Origin: Ylistrum balloti
Lineage: Eukaryota
NCBI RefSeq assembly: GCF_031769215.1
Contig: NW_026782207.1
Location: 620,001-684,000 of the forward strand
Direction: 5' to 3'
DNA length: 64,000 bases
Shown here: in pieces, positions 25,601-37,400 of the stretch
Layout: every line of letters begins with the position of its first letter
Numbering within the stretch: position 1 is the stretch's first letter
Made by a program: the position numbers and the translations under genes
Notes under the pieces: model-generated
What the model was told of the DNA's origin: nothing
Database searches by the model: none
Seen by the model: only the letters and a program-made list of their open reading frames with translations

Positions 25601-28600
25601 ATATACAGATCTGTGAAATCTTCATTTAAAACCATTTAAATTGTTTGGCAAGCTTCATCTGCATACTGGGAAGGTCTTCAGGTGCTGTTCAGAAGTTCTG
25701 TTTTAGACAGCCAGGCCAATATCTGAGGGAAAAAAATCAAATTTTATAAATATGATGAATATTTATAAAGGTTTCTTAAAGGTTTCTATAACAAAATTGT
25801 TTGGTAATAATTCATGAGAAAAATAAGATCAAATTGAAAGCAAATTGAACATTGAAATATGCTGGTCTTGTGAAACAAAGGGACTTGATTGTAACTTCTG
25901 TCCAAACATGTGCTGTTGTATATCTGTCCACAAGAGGTTATAGTCCGTTGTGATTTTTATCATTTACACATGTTTAAAGCTGCTGTATGTAAGTCTTCAA
26001 ACATCGTATATTAAATGTACGATATGTGATTTTTCTTCCAGGTTGATCTGGCAAAGAAATATGATTTACCTGTGTAAGTTTTGACTAGACTGTGTGAATT
26101 CTTTTTAATTATTTTAAAAATCTTTCGATGATATTTTCAAACTATCAAGCTTTCAAATGACTGTTGATTTGTAAGTAGATCTTGTTGACATACCAAATAT
26201 ATGATGCATTATACCACCAAAAATTATCAAATGTGATTCCTTTGTTTATGTCAGTTTCATTTCTTTTGTGTATATTGATGCAGGAATGTACATTCAAGAT
26301 CTGCAGGTAGACCAACCATTGCTGCTTTAAGAGAATTTGGTAAGTTTGATATTTTTTTAGGTTTAATTTTTAGAGTTGGATTCAGTGAAAAGGAAATAAT
26401 AAAAAAAAAAACCTAAGAAAAACTGAAACCTTGATCCTATAATCAGATACTTATAATACTTTGGTCTCTGATTCAAAATAATAAATAGTGAAATGCACCA
26501 TGTCATTGATATACAGATTTTTAATTCTGAACATGTTCCAGGTGCTGATAAAGTATTGTTACACGCCTTTGATGGTAAGCCAGCAGTGGCTATGACAGGT
26601 GTGGAGGCTGGGTACTTTTTCTCTATACCGCCATCTTGTGTCAGGAATCCAGAGGTTTGTGAATTTAGTCTAAAATTAGGCATTTTATAATTACATGTAC
26701 AAGGTACTGACAGGAAAAAAATATTTTTAAGGGAATTGATTCAAACAAAATGTTCATTTACTCTTAACATGAGGCTAAGGTTATTGTTTATGCTTGTAGA
26801 GTGAGGATACCGATTGTGCAGGTCATCGTTTCAAACTTCAAGGTTATTCTTCATTAATTTTTAACATCAAAAGTTGAACCCCAGTTGCTCTTCAATTCTA
26901 TTGTGTTTGGTTTAGGTTTAACCAATAAATAGAGAGGATTTCAGTTAATGACCTATCAGCTAATGGTGTGCACTCCTTCCTACCGTTACATTTATGTGTA
27001 CTGGAAACAGGTTTAGGGTACATTGCCTTTAGTAATGTAGCCATGTCGATTATTTTGCATTTGCTTTGATGCCAATTATATTCCCTTTTAACATATTTCT
27101 TTGTTCTTCTGTCCAAATTACTGAGTACCGGTCCTAAAGAATACAGCATTATTATACTCCACCAACCCCTTGCAACAAGTTAGAGAGGGAATACTGGAAT
27201 CGGCTTGTATGGCCATCCATCAGTCCATAAAAAAATTTCATCCAGACAACTCTTATATTTTTGGAGCAAATTTTGTTGAAACTACACAGGAATATTGGCC
27301 ACCATGTGTAGGTTTTTTAGCAGAAATTATGGTTACCATGGTTACCATATACACAGGTTTTAATGGAAAAAAAATTGTTCTGACATCTCCTCCTAAACCT
27401 ACAAATTGATTTCAATGAAATTACATAGGACTTTTAGGTACCATGTATAGACGTACATGCAGGTTGTTTTAGCAGAAATTTCGGCTGCTATGGTAAACAA
27501 GTCACTATACACAGGTTTTTATGTATGGGCGTTAACCCATCAATCCTTTGACTAATTTTATCTAAATTTGATTAGGTGGTGTAACTTGATCAATGCTTGT
27601 AGGTTTCTGATTGGTTGAATGGAGATATCGTCTAATTTGTGCTGAAAAAAAAAAACAAGGGTTTTGAAGGAAGGCAATTACAATAGTACCATTTCCAAAA
27701 ACATCTGATGTCATTTGGATGCTTTCGTAAACATATAAGACCCATAAGACTGCTCTTTACCAGTCCTCTCCAAGTGTTTTCCTATACACATTTTCATACA
27801 AAGTACCATAACTCTAAGCACCTCCATTGATTTTATTTTAAACTTGATATAGATAATTATAGCCTATAATTTGACATATTAAGTGTTTTGTTACCATGGA
27901 AACATATTGGAGGCTTCTTATTGGTTGTAATTAAGATATTATCTGATTAAGTTGAATATTTAAATAAAAAGGTGTAGGGAGATAACAAATACAATGATTC
28001 ATTTTTAGTGAAAAAAATGGCTGCCATTTGGTTGCCATGGTGACCAAATTGGAGAGCATTGGTACGTGTGGTGGGGGTTATTAAGTGATAATTTGTATGT
28101 TACATTGAAGTTGTGATTATTATTCTCTTGTTAATTTGATTTGGAGTGGAGTGAGCCTAAGTTATTATTACAGTGTGTTTATTTTTTTCAGAGCAAACTA
28201 GTTCAGCGGTTACCAGTTACAAATATTCTGCTTGAATCTGATTCGCCAGCTCTTGGACCAGAAAAAGATGTTGGTATTTTTTAAAAATATTATTTACAAA
28301 ACAACCATTTTACATGTTTCAAAGGGATATTCTGAACAAGTGTTTTGTTTTTTACCTCTCTAGAACTCTTTCTTATTATATTTAAAAGTATTTAAAAAAA
28401 ATACCTCCTGCCAATATTGATTGGGGAATTCGGATACAGTCACTCACTTGATCATATGTTTTATGCAAAGAATTAATACTGGTTTACAGGTGTGCATGTT
28501 GTTCAGGTATAATTTCTGCTGGCACATGTATCAGAATTCCATTGTTTCATTTGGCTAATTTCTTGACGAATTTGAAATATACAGATATTTCACACTCTTT

Positions 28601-29234
28601 CGTTAATAAAAAGGAAATCTGAAATGGCTTAATCATGGTCGAGCTGATGTTTGTAAATCAATCTAGCTAGATCTATATGCAATTTTCACATTTGGAATAT
28701 TGTATGTTTGTGCTGAATATCCTTATTAACAATATTTATAATTGCGTGGATTTACAAAATTTCAATGACTTTGTAAAAGCTATGTGTTTTATGATGCTAA
28801 AGATAAAATCATATTGATAAAAGATAAAATTATATTAATTTCAACTGGAGGAAATTATCACAATTACAGGATTGTATGCAATTTATTTCCATTGCAAGTA
28901 TGAATATGAACACTGAAGATATTAAATGTGATTTCATGGGACTGTGAAATCAATTGAATCAAGACCTTGGATGATGTGGATTACTGATATATAGTTTACT
29001 TACCTCAGAAATGTTTGTATATAGATGTTATTGGTTTAATTTATTTTTTCTATCATGTTTGAGACTTAAAGTAGCTTGATTTTGTCATTACAGGTGAGAA
29101 ATGAACCAAAAAATATTTTGTTATCTTGTGATTACATCGCTACAAGGAAGAAGTTAGACGTCCATGAACTGAGCAGAATCACCACAATGAATGCCTTAAA
29201 ACTATTTCCTAAACTTGCAAGAGTAATAAAATGA
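16634..29234 (+). CDS. TATDN3: TatD DNase domain-containing protein 3 (12 coding exons, 281 aa)
   Basis: Manually spliced GT-AG exons: 16634-16726, 17319-17351, 17798-17871, 19166-19211, 20082-20120, 21900-21962, 24140-24217, 26042-26073, 26284-26339, 26542-26654, 28192-28269, 29094-29234 (846 nt, phases consistent). Translation: [51 protein letters not shown]...CLGVHPVQ...AIGEIGLDF...[10 protein letters not shown]...LLHAFDG...GYFFSIPP...[11 protein letters not shown]...RNEP...NALKLFPKL. All TatD metal-binding motifs are present (HxH, GE-GLD, HSR, HAF, ESD) and match TATDN3 as I recall it. Confidence 0.96.
17580..17695 (+). mobile_element. 5'-truncated SINE (body/tail) in TATDN3 intron 2
   Basis: GGTCAGTGGTTCTTCTCTGGAACTCAGCTTTATTCCACCATCCAAACCTGGC...TAAATGGCCCTGACTGTT...AATAAA resembles a common bivalve SINE body (recognition from memory). 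Confidence 0.6.
18604..18787. mobile_element. MITE with hAT-like terminal inverted repeats in TATDN3 intron 3
   Basis: Ends CAGGGCTTTC ... GAGAGCCCTG (9/10 inverted match). The 184-bp interior is more GC-rich than the flanks. No clean TSD. Confidence 0.6.
19515..19602. repeat. Dispersed repeat copy 2 in TATDN3 intron 4
   Basis: Homologous to 1571-1657 and lies next to an A-rich tract at 19362-19400. Confidence 0.65.
20363..21725. repeat. 40-bp minisatellite in TATDN3 intron 5
   Basis: Consensus AAATTTCTCCTATATACCAAACCTCAAAGTAACATGGTTT, ~33 copies. Confidence 0.97.
22200..24148 (+). repeat. 47/34-bp minisatellite in TATDN3 intron 6, derived from the exon 7 splice acceptor
   Basis: Unit GTACATGTGTGTTGATTGTGTTGGTTGTTTGTCACAG|ATAGGTCTGT, with a 34-bp variant. 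The last unit is the true acceptor TTGACACAG|ATAGGTCTAGAC at 24140. Confidence 0.97.
27150..28110 (+). mobile_element. Probable non-autonomous Helentron/HINE-type repeat in TATDN3 intron 10
   Basis: Starts TTATACTCCACCAACCCCTTG...GGGAATACTGGAATCGGCTTGT...GTCC. Contains internal repeated GTTACCATGG/GTTGCCATGG and TTTTAGCAGAAATT blocks, typical of such mollusc elements (pattern recognition only). Confidence 0.4.
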
Positions 29235-30388
29235 TCACCAGTATCTATATTTTACTTGGTTTATGTTAACAATATGAGCTTGTCAACCATGTAAGCGATC
29301 CCTGTCTTATTTGACACCCTGTGGATTCCAACGAACTGACAGCTTAGATACATTATCAGAAAAATCAACATTCTATCTGGGATTTCATTTAAAAAATACC
29401 TGGTAGGACTATAGTATTTTACCTATGACAAGTTTTAAAAACACTTGGGGATGTCAGGTACTAGAGGATGGATTGAGCAGGCCTCATTATACAAATGTAC
29501 TGTATTGACATACAAATGGATAATCTCAGATTCTGACATCAAAGAAATTTGGGCTGCATTATGTGTTATACTCTTACCTGTATTAAATTAACCATTCCAA
29601 TGGATACCCAAGAGGTTGAACGGTCAATAATTACATGCACAAGTTTACTTTGTTTTAAATCAAATTTATTTGAACACCCACAATGCGGCGCACATTGCAC
29701 TTGAGCAAATGTTTAAAATGAACATAAATCCATAGATATAGAATAGTAATGACATTCTGACTCTCTCTGTATACCATGTACATAATACTGACAAGTAACA
29801 GGTAATAATGATAGAAAACCTACTAAAATCTGACTAAATATATATAAGCTTTATAAAAAAATTCATGATAAAATTCTGTAACAGAAATGTAAAAGTTAAC
29901 ACTAAACCTACATAAATATGAAAATACAGACATAGATACAAAGAAAAATTAATACTGATGTGTTTCTACAATAAATACACTGCATGCATGATGTAATACT
30001 GATTTCAAACTTGCATAACAAATAGATTTCAGATTTAAACAGATTCAATATATCAACAATACATCAACAGTTTTTTAATACTGATATCCACACACATATA
30101 TTTGACTTCCATGGTAACAGGGTGAATTTCCTTTCTTTTTCATATTGGTAAATAGATAGATGTCATATTTCTCTTTTCTCTTCACACTTTCAGGAAAGCA
30201 AAAATTCTACATATATTGACAAAGATTCCTTTTTTTCATTTTTTGTCTAATTTCAATTGTTAAAAAATGTTTACATCTGTTTGTTTGATTTATAAATTCC
30301 AATCTTCACACAGCTTGATTTTGTGATGATGAATATTTTTGGAAACCATCATGAAATCTTCATTTTCATTTCTGCATGGGTGGTCGGA

Positions 30389-32154
30389 TCAAATCTTCAT
30401 TTGACAGTTATCTGCAACATATTAAAAGACAAAGCACACTGCATGAAACAAAAAGCCCCATCACCAAAGCAAAGCAAAATAGTTGAATATATATTGCTAT
30501 AATATGTGTCACAATATTGTAATTGGGAAGCTAACATATCATATTGACCTTTTAGCATGGAAAAGCAACTTAGTTCAATCTTGTTAAGTCTTGTTAATTC
30601 AGCCTCAATTTACCATCTTGTACATGTCCCACTATTACAATTGTATTTGGAGATAGGGATTATCAACTTTTTTCTCCCAATAAGAATTTCTCTATTTTTT
30701 CCATTAGTTAACACACTATAACCTTCACCATGATCAGTTACTGTATACATCACATATTCTGTTAGTTATATCATTTTAGTTTTTGTTATGCCGAAAATAT
30801 TTTGCCACAATATGATAACACCTCTGTTTGTTGTTTATATAGTGTGATATAAGAGTGATAATGTTCACAGTATGGGGAAAAAAACTTCTGAGTATTAATC
30901 TTGACTTGAAATGGTCAAAAGGTGCAAAGCTAGATACAGTAGGCCTCCCTTTGATGTACAGCTAGATATAGTAGGCCTACCCTTGACTTACAGCTAGATA
31001 TAGTAGGCCTCCCTTTGATGTACAGCTAGATACAGTAGGCCTACCCTTGACTTATAGCTAGATATAGTAGGCCTACCCTTGACACAGCTAGATGTAGTAG
31101 GCCTCCCTTTGATGTACAGCTAGATACAGTAGGCCTACCCTTGATTTATAGCTAGATATAGTAGGCCTACCCTTGACACAGCTAGATGTAGTAGGCCTCC
31201 CTTTGATGTACAGCTAGATACAGTAGGCCTACCCTTGACTTATAGCTAGATATAGTAGGCCTACCCTTGACACAGCTAGATGTAGTAGGTATCCCTTTGA
31301 TGTACAGCTAGATATAGTAGACCTACACTTGGCATACAGCTAGATATAGTTGGCCTCCGTTTGATGTACAGCTAGATATAGTAGGCCTCCCTTTGATGTA
31401 CAGCTAGATAAAGTAGACCTTCCCTTGATATACAGCTAGATATAGTAGGCCTACCCTTGACATACAGCTAGATATAGCAAGCCTACCCTTGACTTACAGC
31501 TAGATATAGTAGGCCTACCCTTGACATACAGCTAGATACAGTTGGCCTACCCTTGACATACAACCAGATATAGTAGGCCTACCCTTGACATACAATTAGA
31601 TATAGTAGGCCTACTCTAATATACAACAATATATAGTAGGCCAATCCTTGACATACAACTATATAAAGTAGTCTTACAATTGGCATACAACTAGACATAG
31701 TAGGACTTCCCTTGATGTACAACTAGACAAAGTAGGCCTATACTTGATGTACAAGTAGATACAGTAGGCCTGCCCTTGATGGAAATAATAGAAATGAAGA
31801 AGCACGTCATGCGTTGTGATACGTGTACAAAATATGGAAGCAGTTTAAGCTTACACAATGTACATCCACTCATCAACAGCAAGAAACTCCGTTGTAAACC
31901 CAATACTTACAGTGATCTGGAAAATGTCTCCGCTCTAAGTGTGTAGGTGCATCTACTGTGAAGGTACACCTTGGTTCGTAACCCGGTCGGTGTTTATCGA
32001 AAACGGAGCTACTGAACTGTTGGGGGTCGTGTCTTCGTTCCTTTCGACACCAGCTTTCTTCCTTTTTCGATTCAACAGCACACCAGGACTCTCTCGCTAG
32101 TCCCAAGCTATGTGCTGCAGCAGCTGACAGTTTTCTTCCGTTCGCATCAGCCAT
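30389..32154 (-). CDS. SPATA45: SPATA45-like small protein (88 aa, 2 coding exons)
   Basis: Exon 1 is 32154-31911 (aatATGG start, strong CACT|gtaagt donor, phase 1). Exon 2 is 30411-30389 (pyrimidine-rich ttgcag acceptor, phase 1, TGA), followed by a UTR-like stretch to AATAAA at 29670-29665. Protein: MADANGRKLSAAAAHSLGLARESWCAVESKKEESWCRKERRHDPQQFSSSVFDKHRPGYEPRCTFTVDAPTHLERRHFPDHYNCQMKI. RESxCxVE...RxxRRHxP and HLERRHFP match human SPATA45 motifs (RESNCLVE...KRHFP; HMERKHFP) as recalled from memory. Confidence 0.75.
30925..31780. repeat. 30-32-bp minisatellite in the SPATA45-like intron
   Basis: Consensus AGCTAGATATAGTAGGCCTACCCTTGACATAC, ~27 copies, with a partial 94-bp higher-order unit. 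Confidence 0.95.
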
Positions 32155-32234
32155 ATTGGCAAATTATTTCACTAGGAAAAAAATAGTCTTGTTGAAGAAA
32201 ACCAAAAAAGCCTTATCACATACACTGAGACGCT

Positions 32235-32262
32235 CTACGCGTCCGCTGTTGCTATGACCTCA
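32235..32262. promoter_or_regulatory. Candidate RFX X-box half-site in the SPATA45-like promoter
   Basis: GTTGCTATGAC at 32248-32258, ~95 bp upstream of the ATG, inside a small CpG-rich patch (ACGCGT). Only the first half matches the X-box consensus. Confidence 0.4.
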
Positions 32263-32626
32263 CTGTAATGGAAGTTTTCAAATTTGTAGCAATTAATCAA
32301 TGATTAGAAAAAACTGTCATCTATTTTAATTGGATTAAATATACGATTAAAAACAAAATAACGTCACACATTAAAGATGAGTATCGTAAATTACGCAGAA
32401 CTATCTCGCAAGGAAGTGCGGAAGGATATATTCTCAAAAGAAGTCCTCTTTAGGTAGCACACCACTAAATCATGACCTCTGTAGTTCATTTGATTTTGTA
32501 TTCCTTCTTTCTTTATTTCCCCGTTTCCATCACATAACTGATAATTATGACGCTTTTTTCTTATAGAAATTAGAGTCAGGGACATGTAAAAGGGATGACA
32601 TACAATGGTGTTCTATACATTAATAG

Positions 32627-33374
32627 CAGAGCTGTGTATCGTCAGGTGGGTGTGATACACGGGTCAGGATACGATACGTATCGCGATATTTCAGAAACAA
32701 GTATTTATCTTATAACCAACTTTTGATAACTAGGAAAATGATTTCTGCAGCTTGATGGCACCTTTAGATTTGAATACTATTTGTGTATATGAATATGTAA
32801 TAATTATCATTGAATAAAAATCAACACTGTTTATTCATTTCATAGAAAATTAGTGTCCACATGTTTAGATTCCAGTGTGCTCCTCTGAGCTGTAATTATG
32901 TCTCCCACACAGGGAAATGTGCATTCCTTTTCTACCATTGAAATTTATTTTCTTTAATATTTATGCAAGGAACTTTCTTATATATCGCTACTTCTCCGAA
33001 AGCCATTTCCAATTTAGACTTGTGACCGTTTTCCTCATGAACAACATAAACATCTCCCAATAAGTCACTGAAAGCACAATTAGTACTACTTGTATCCTCA
33101 GCCATAATTTTGGTTTTAATGGACGACTCCTCAGAGCAAGAACATGAGGAGTCCGCTACCAAAAGCTGAGGAAGTTTTGAACCCCACCGGAGCAGCAACG
33201 AATTTGTATAAGCGTATTACGTATCATGAACGTTGATCAAGGGAGTTAAATACGGTTGTTTTTCAAAAAAAAAAAAAAAATAGGTTTCGTGACACATTTC
33301 AAGGATGGACGATGCATTGATGCATCACCTCTTGGTGCAATGCATTGATGCATCAGTGAATTGTTACACATATA
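32627..33374 (-). mobile_element. Internally deleted hAT (Ac/ZBED1-like) DNA transposon with transposase C-terminal remnant
   Basis: 8-bp TSD ATTAATAG (32619-32626) / ATTAATAT (33375-33382). hAT-like ends CAGAGCTGTGTATCG and degenerate TATATGTGTAAC, with subterminal CGATA/GATGCATC repeats. The minus strand encodes ...FSDLLGDVYV...EVAIYKKVPCINIKENKFQW*KRNAHF and, after a frameshift, VGDIITAQRSTLESKHVDT, resembling the hAT C-terminal dimerisation domain. Confidence 0.8.
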
Positions 33375-33431
33375 ATTAATATATATTCTACATGCAGGAA
33401 CTGCATCTCTTGTTCACGTTCTAAAGGACAG

Positions 33432-33623
33432 CTTATTATCAATCACTCTTGTTGGCCCAGAGGGAAGCGCGCAAGGGGTCTTACTGTGGGAGGTAAACCG
33501 GAGTACCCAGGGAAAATTCATATGGTCGGGCAGGTGACCCCATACCTTTTCACATCCATTCTGGGGATCAAACCTCAGATGGCTAGGTGAAAGGCGAGTG
33601 CGTTACCACTGTGCCACCCGACC
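33432..33623 (-). mobile_element. tRNA-derived SINE, near full length
   Basis: The head GGTCGGGTGGCACAGTGGTAACGC carries an A-box and GGTTTGATCCC is a B-box-like motif. The central CTGGGTACTCCGGTTTACCTCCCAC block is typical of metazoan SINE conserved domains. Confidence 0.75.
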
Positions 33624-34204
33624 ATCCTAAAGAACATCTCTGGGATTTATTGTACACAGAACAACAGGTTTCCGACGATAAATGCAAGCTTTTTAAATTC
33701 AAGAGCGAAAATGAAAAACTTACAAAGTAATGAAGTGAACTGCGTTACTTTGTAGGCCATAAAAATTGTAATCACATGTACTACCAGGAGACATAATAAG
33801 ACATTATCAAAGAAACCATTTCCTCCAAAGGTTAACCTGAGTATTAGCATTGCCATTAACTGGATTAGTGTTTGGTGACAATTGTAAATTAAAAAACAGA
33901 CTAAATACATATTTAGGTAGAGTGTAGATGTCTGCTTGGTTATTGCGCTATGAACAGCCACAGTCATTTCGAGGTGTGGTAGTTGTGGCGACCTCACTGA
34001 ACCAGAAAATTAGGCAAACAGATAGTCAAATGTGTTTTTATCATGATGTATACTTTTTTAAACAAGATTTTGCCACTACAGGTTTCAATTAACCGGGGTA
34101 TTAATGTGTATATTAAGAATCTTAAAATTATTTTAAACTCTTAGCATGATTTCATTTTCACAAGAATGCTTGTGGGTATAATATGACGGTAAGGTAAACT
34201 CTTC

Positions 34205-34442
34205 AACCAGTTGGAAAATAAAAAAGAGTTAGTGGAGTCCAACGTCCTGCGAGTGGTACTAGTTGGTAGATGTATCGGTAGAGGAATCCTAGGTGGATCC
34301 AAAGGATTCTAGCAGAGCTCCATAGACGATAAGTTTTAGAACTGACGAGGGCTAGTCTTGCTAGCTGAAACATGTCAACCTAATAAAACTACCGATCACA
34401 GAATCCTTGGTGTTGATGCTCCATCCTTTATTTAACCAGTTG
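34205..34442 (+). mobile_element. 220-bp Penelope-like pLTR relic with hammerhead-like motif, flanked by 9-bp direct repeats
   Basis: AACCAGTTG direct repeats at 34205-34213 and 34434-34442. Internal CTGACGA-G-GGCTAG(TCTTG)CTAGCT-GAAA-CATG-TC at 34342-34376. Imperfect inverted termini (aaataaa...tggag..caac). Confidence 0.55.
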
Positions 34443-37400
34443 ATAGGTCAGAAGCTCATGGTCCATTTTGGGAAAATGATCTAGCAAGCCAGTTGTCCAA
34501 GACGGATTACATATGGAGTTGGTTTCTATTTTTGACCACTTTTAATTCCTATACACAGTAACATAATTCCATATGTTTGATAGCTTTTCAGAAAGAGTCA
34601 ACCGTGACCTTTGACTCTTTAACACTGACAAGTACCATCTTGATATGACCCAGTGTAGAACTTGATGTTACAGGGTTAATATGAACCAACCCTGTTGAGA
34701 AGTTCTCAAAATATCCAGTACACAATATACTATAAACACAGAGATAAATTTTCCGCTATTTTATTGATCATCTGTAACAGTGAAGCAGCAAATCATTACA
34801 ACTACTAGCATTGTAATGGAAGCTCGGCACCAATCATCTTACAAACAGAACTGGGGTCCTACTGACTAAAACATCTCGCAGACAGGAATAGGGTCATTTT
34901 ACAGATTCTATAGGGTAATAAAGTTCTGTAGCTCTACTGACAAATAACGAAATCAATTTAAGTATCATTTGCTTTGAGCAATCAGTTTCTAAATAAGGAT
35001 TGATTTACACAATGATTTTCTGTTTACTATTATCAAGAATATGGTTACTACTATTTTAAATAAAATAATCTATCTTATACATTATTGATCTGTCTTCAAA
35101 TTAGTCTCACTAATTTCCATTCAAATTGATTAGAGGTTGCATGGATTCGAAAATAACAGGATTAATACACATGTTTATAGCTGAGAAGCATTTCATTGCC
35201 AATTCTTGCTTTTATTTAGCAAACTGAAGTTGTTAATCTTCTCTCTCCAAAAGCAGAACACAACCATTCTTAGTATGTTGTATGTAAGTGTTGTTAAGTT
35301 CCTGAAGTTAGATACCCTGTAAAGATTTTCTAGTCTGTTGATGGGAAAGTGTTAATCCCCTTTAAGACTTTAAGAAATGCAAAATTAAGTCAAATTTAAT
35401 CAACATCATTTACATATAAATATTTCAAAAATATTTCAAAATTACATTTCCTTTACTAGTTAAAACATTGCACAATTCCTCGGTTTGAATAATGAAATTT
35501 GTATGCAAATGAAAGTTTATCACTTATGTGTTAATGAAAGTTAATCACAACTTTAATTACCTGCTAGTGACCAATACTACAAACTCAGTATTGGTTCCAA
35601 GTGTATTTAATAAACAAATCTAGGTATAAATAAACATTATGTTGTATGCCTCTCTATAATAGGTAATTTTATACTGAATATATACAATAAAAAATAAGTA
35701 GGTTTTCCCACTTTAAGTGGTTAAAAAGTACATGATACACAATGCCCTAACTAAATAACTACTGACGGGTAGAAACTCTAAAATGAAATGGGGGATAGGG
35801 GGCTGAAATGAATCTATATATATATATGTAGCAGATCTCAAGTACCGTACAAACAACAGTGACAAACAAGCAACAGTGACATGTATGGAATGCAGAGCAA
35901 ATGGCATCATATGGAAAACACCGAGCAATCACAAACAATATTTAATTGGTATGTAAAATAGTGCAAGACGGGCTAACTTTGGCTTCAGAATATAAACAAT
36001 GGGTGAATACAGCACTCTCCAGATTAAAAACATCAATAATATAGTAGTAATCATCGTCATCGTTGCACCACACTCACAATCTCATTATCTCAACAACTAT
36101 CAATGTCTTCAACACTTGTACAGAACAGTTCACTTCACCATTGTTAGAACAGCCGTATCCATTTTCATCTGTACTCTTGTATAGTTTCCTGTAAATCTAT
36201 AATATTTTGTAATAGACTTTTGCATAGTGGAAATGGAATGAAAAAAAAACCTGAAAATATTAACAAATCCCCTGAACTTCGACTTCTCTCTTTTTTTTTA
36301 TTTTACTACTGAACCCGTCTACAAAGCCATACATCAACCTTTCATTTATTTTCTGTTTTTACAGAATATGAATAAATACAATGCCACTAAACCCTTAGAT
36401 CTTTCTTGTATAAAAGGCTTTACCATATGAGAAACACTTTCAGCATTAAAACAATACATTCCATGGTAGCCAAGGTTTTGCTTCATTTTATTTTGGAAAT
36501 GTGTATTGATCAGAACCAGGTATCGAAGAGAAACACTGACCTGTACCAGGCCAAGACCAAACAAGTCACAACTCTGACGTGAATACAACCTCTGAAATTT
36601 AATTTCTATTTCACAATTCTGTAAAATAACGTATCCTATGATGGTTTTGTATGGATATTTGCAGAAAACAAATCTAATATTCCAGAATGATTTCAATATT
36701 TGAATGTATAGTAAGTGAAAGGAACCAGTGTAACCTTTTCCATAAATAGATGATTGTGCTTATACATAAACTGTTCTATTTAACTCCATTTTCAATAACA
36801 TAATAATTATTTTACAAGCTGGTTAACAAATGAAAACAAAATTTTTCTCTTCTAATTATGAATGAGGAACAAATTTTACAAAAAAGGTGATGGAATATAA
36901 AACATAGCAAAGCAAGTAGATTCAAAATATCAAAGATTTACAGATACCATCACGCTGTGGCCACAAACATGTTTACAAATAAATGAAAGACCACGTGGGT
37001 GTTAGTAGTTACCTCCCCTGATACTAGAGCATTTCTCTGCCAGGCAAGTCAACATTGCGAAGTAAGTAAAATGCTAATACTTGACCTTCATCCCAAACAT
37101 TTTACCTCCCGAAACTATTTCTTAAATAATCTCATGGTATGTTAACTATCTAGATGGATCAATACACAAGACATATGGGTATGCATGCATTTCAAAAAGT
37201 GGAGTTACACTACATGTGTTCATATGGTGACCTGGCAGTATAAAAGTACAATTAATGCAAAATTTTTAAAATATTTGAATGGATAGTTACAACAACTATT
37301 TAAAGTTCAATTTCAAAAATACTATTCATATCAATCTGTCTTTTGTATTACAAATGGTAGGTACAAAACACAAGGTACAATGAATTCAGGATGATATGTG

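Noticed and set aside
29091-29099. AG|GTGAGA at the start of the last TATDN3 exon as a recursive site
   Set aside because: It is a terminal exon with no downstream acceptor, and it is explained by the conserved Val-Arg codons.
33125-33153. Perfect 9-bp hairpin GACTCCTCA/TGAGGAGTC
   Set aside because: It is a single short stem inside the transposon relic with no recognisable RNA motif.
32932-33198. 88-aa ORF with a good Kozak context (MAEDTSS...) as a host gene
   Set aside because: It continues by frameshift into the hAT dimerisation motif and lies within TSD-bounded ends, so it is a transposase relic.
36000-36190. Exon-like segment with a tttacag acceptor downstream of the HEATR5B stop
   Set aside because: HEATR5B already ends at its conserved C-terminus, no donor feeds this acceptor, and the composition fits 3' UTR.
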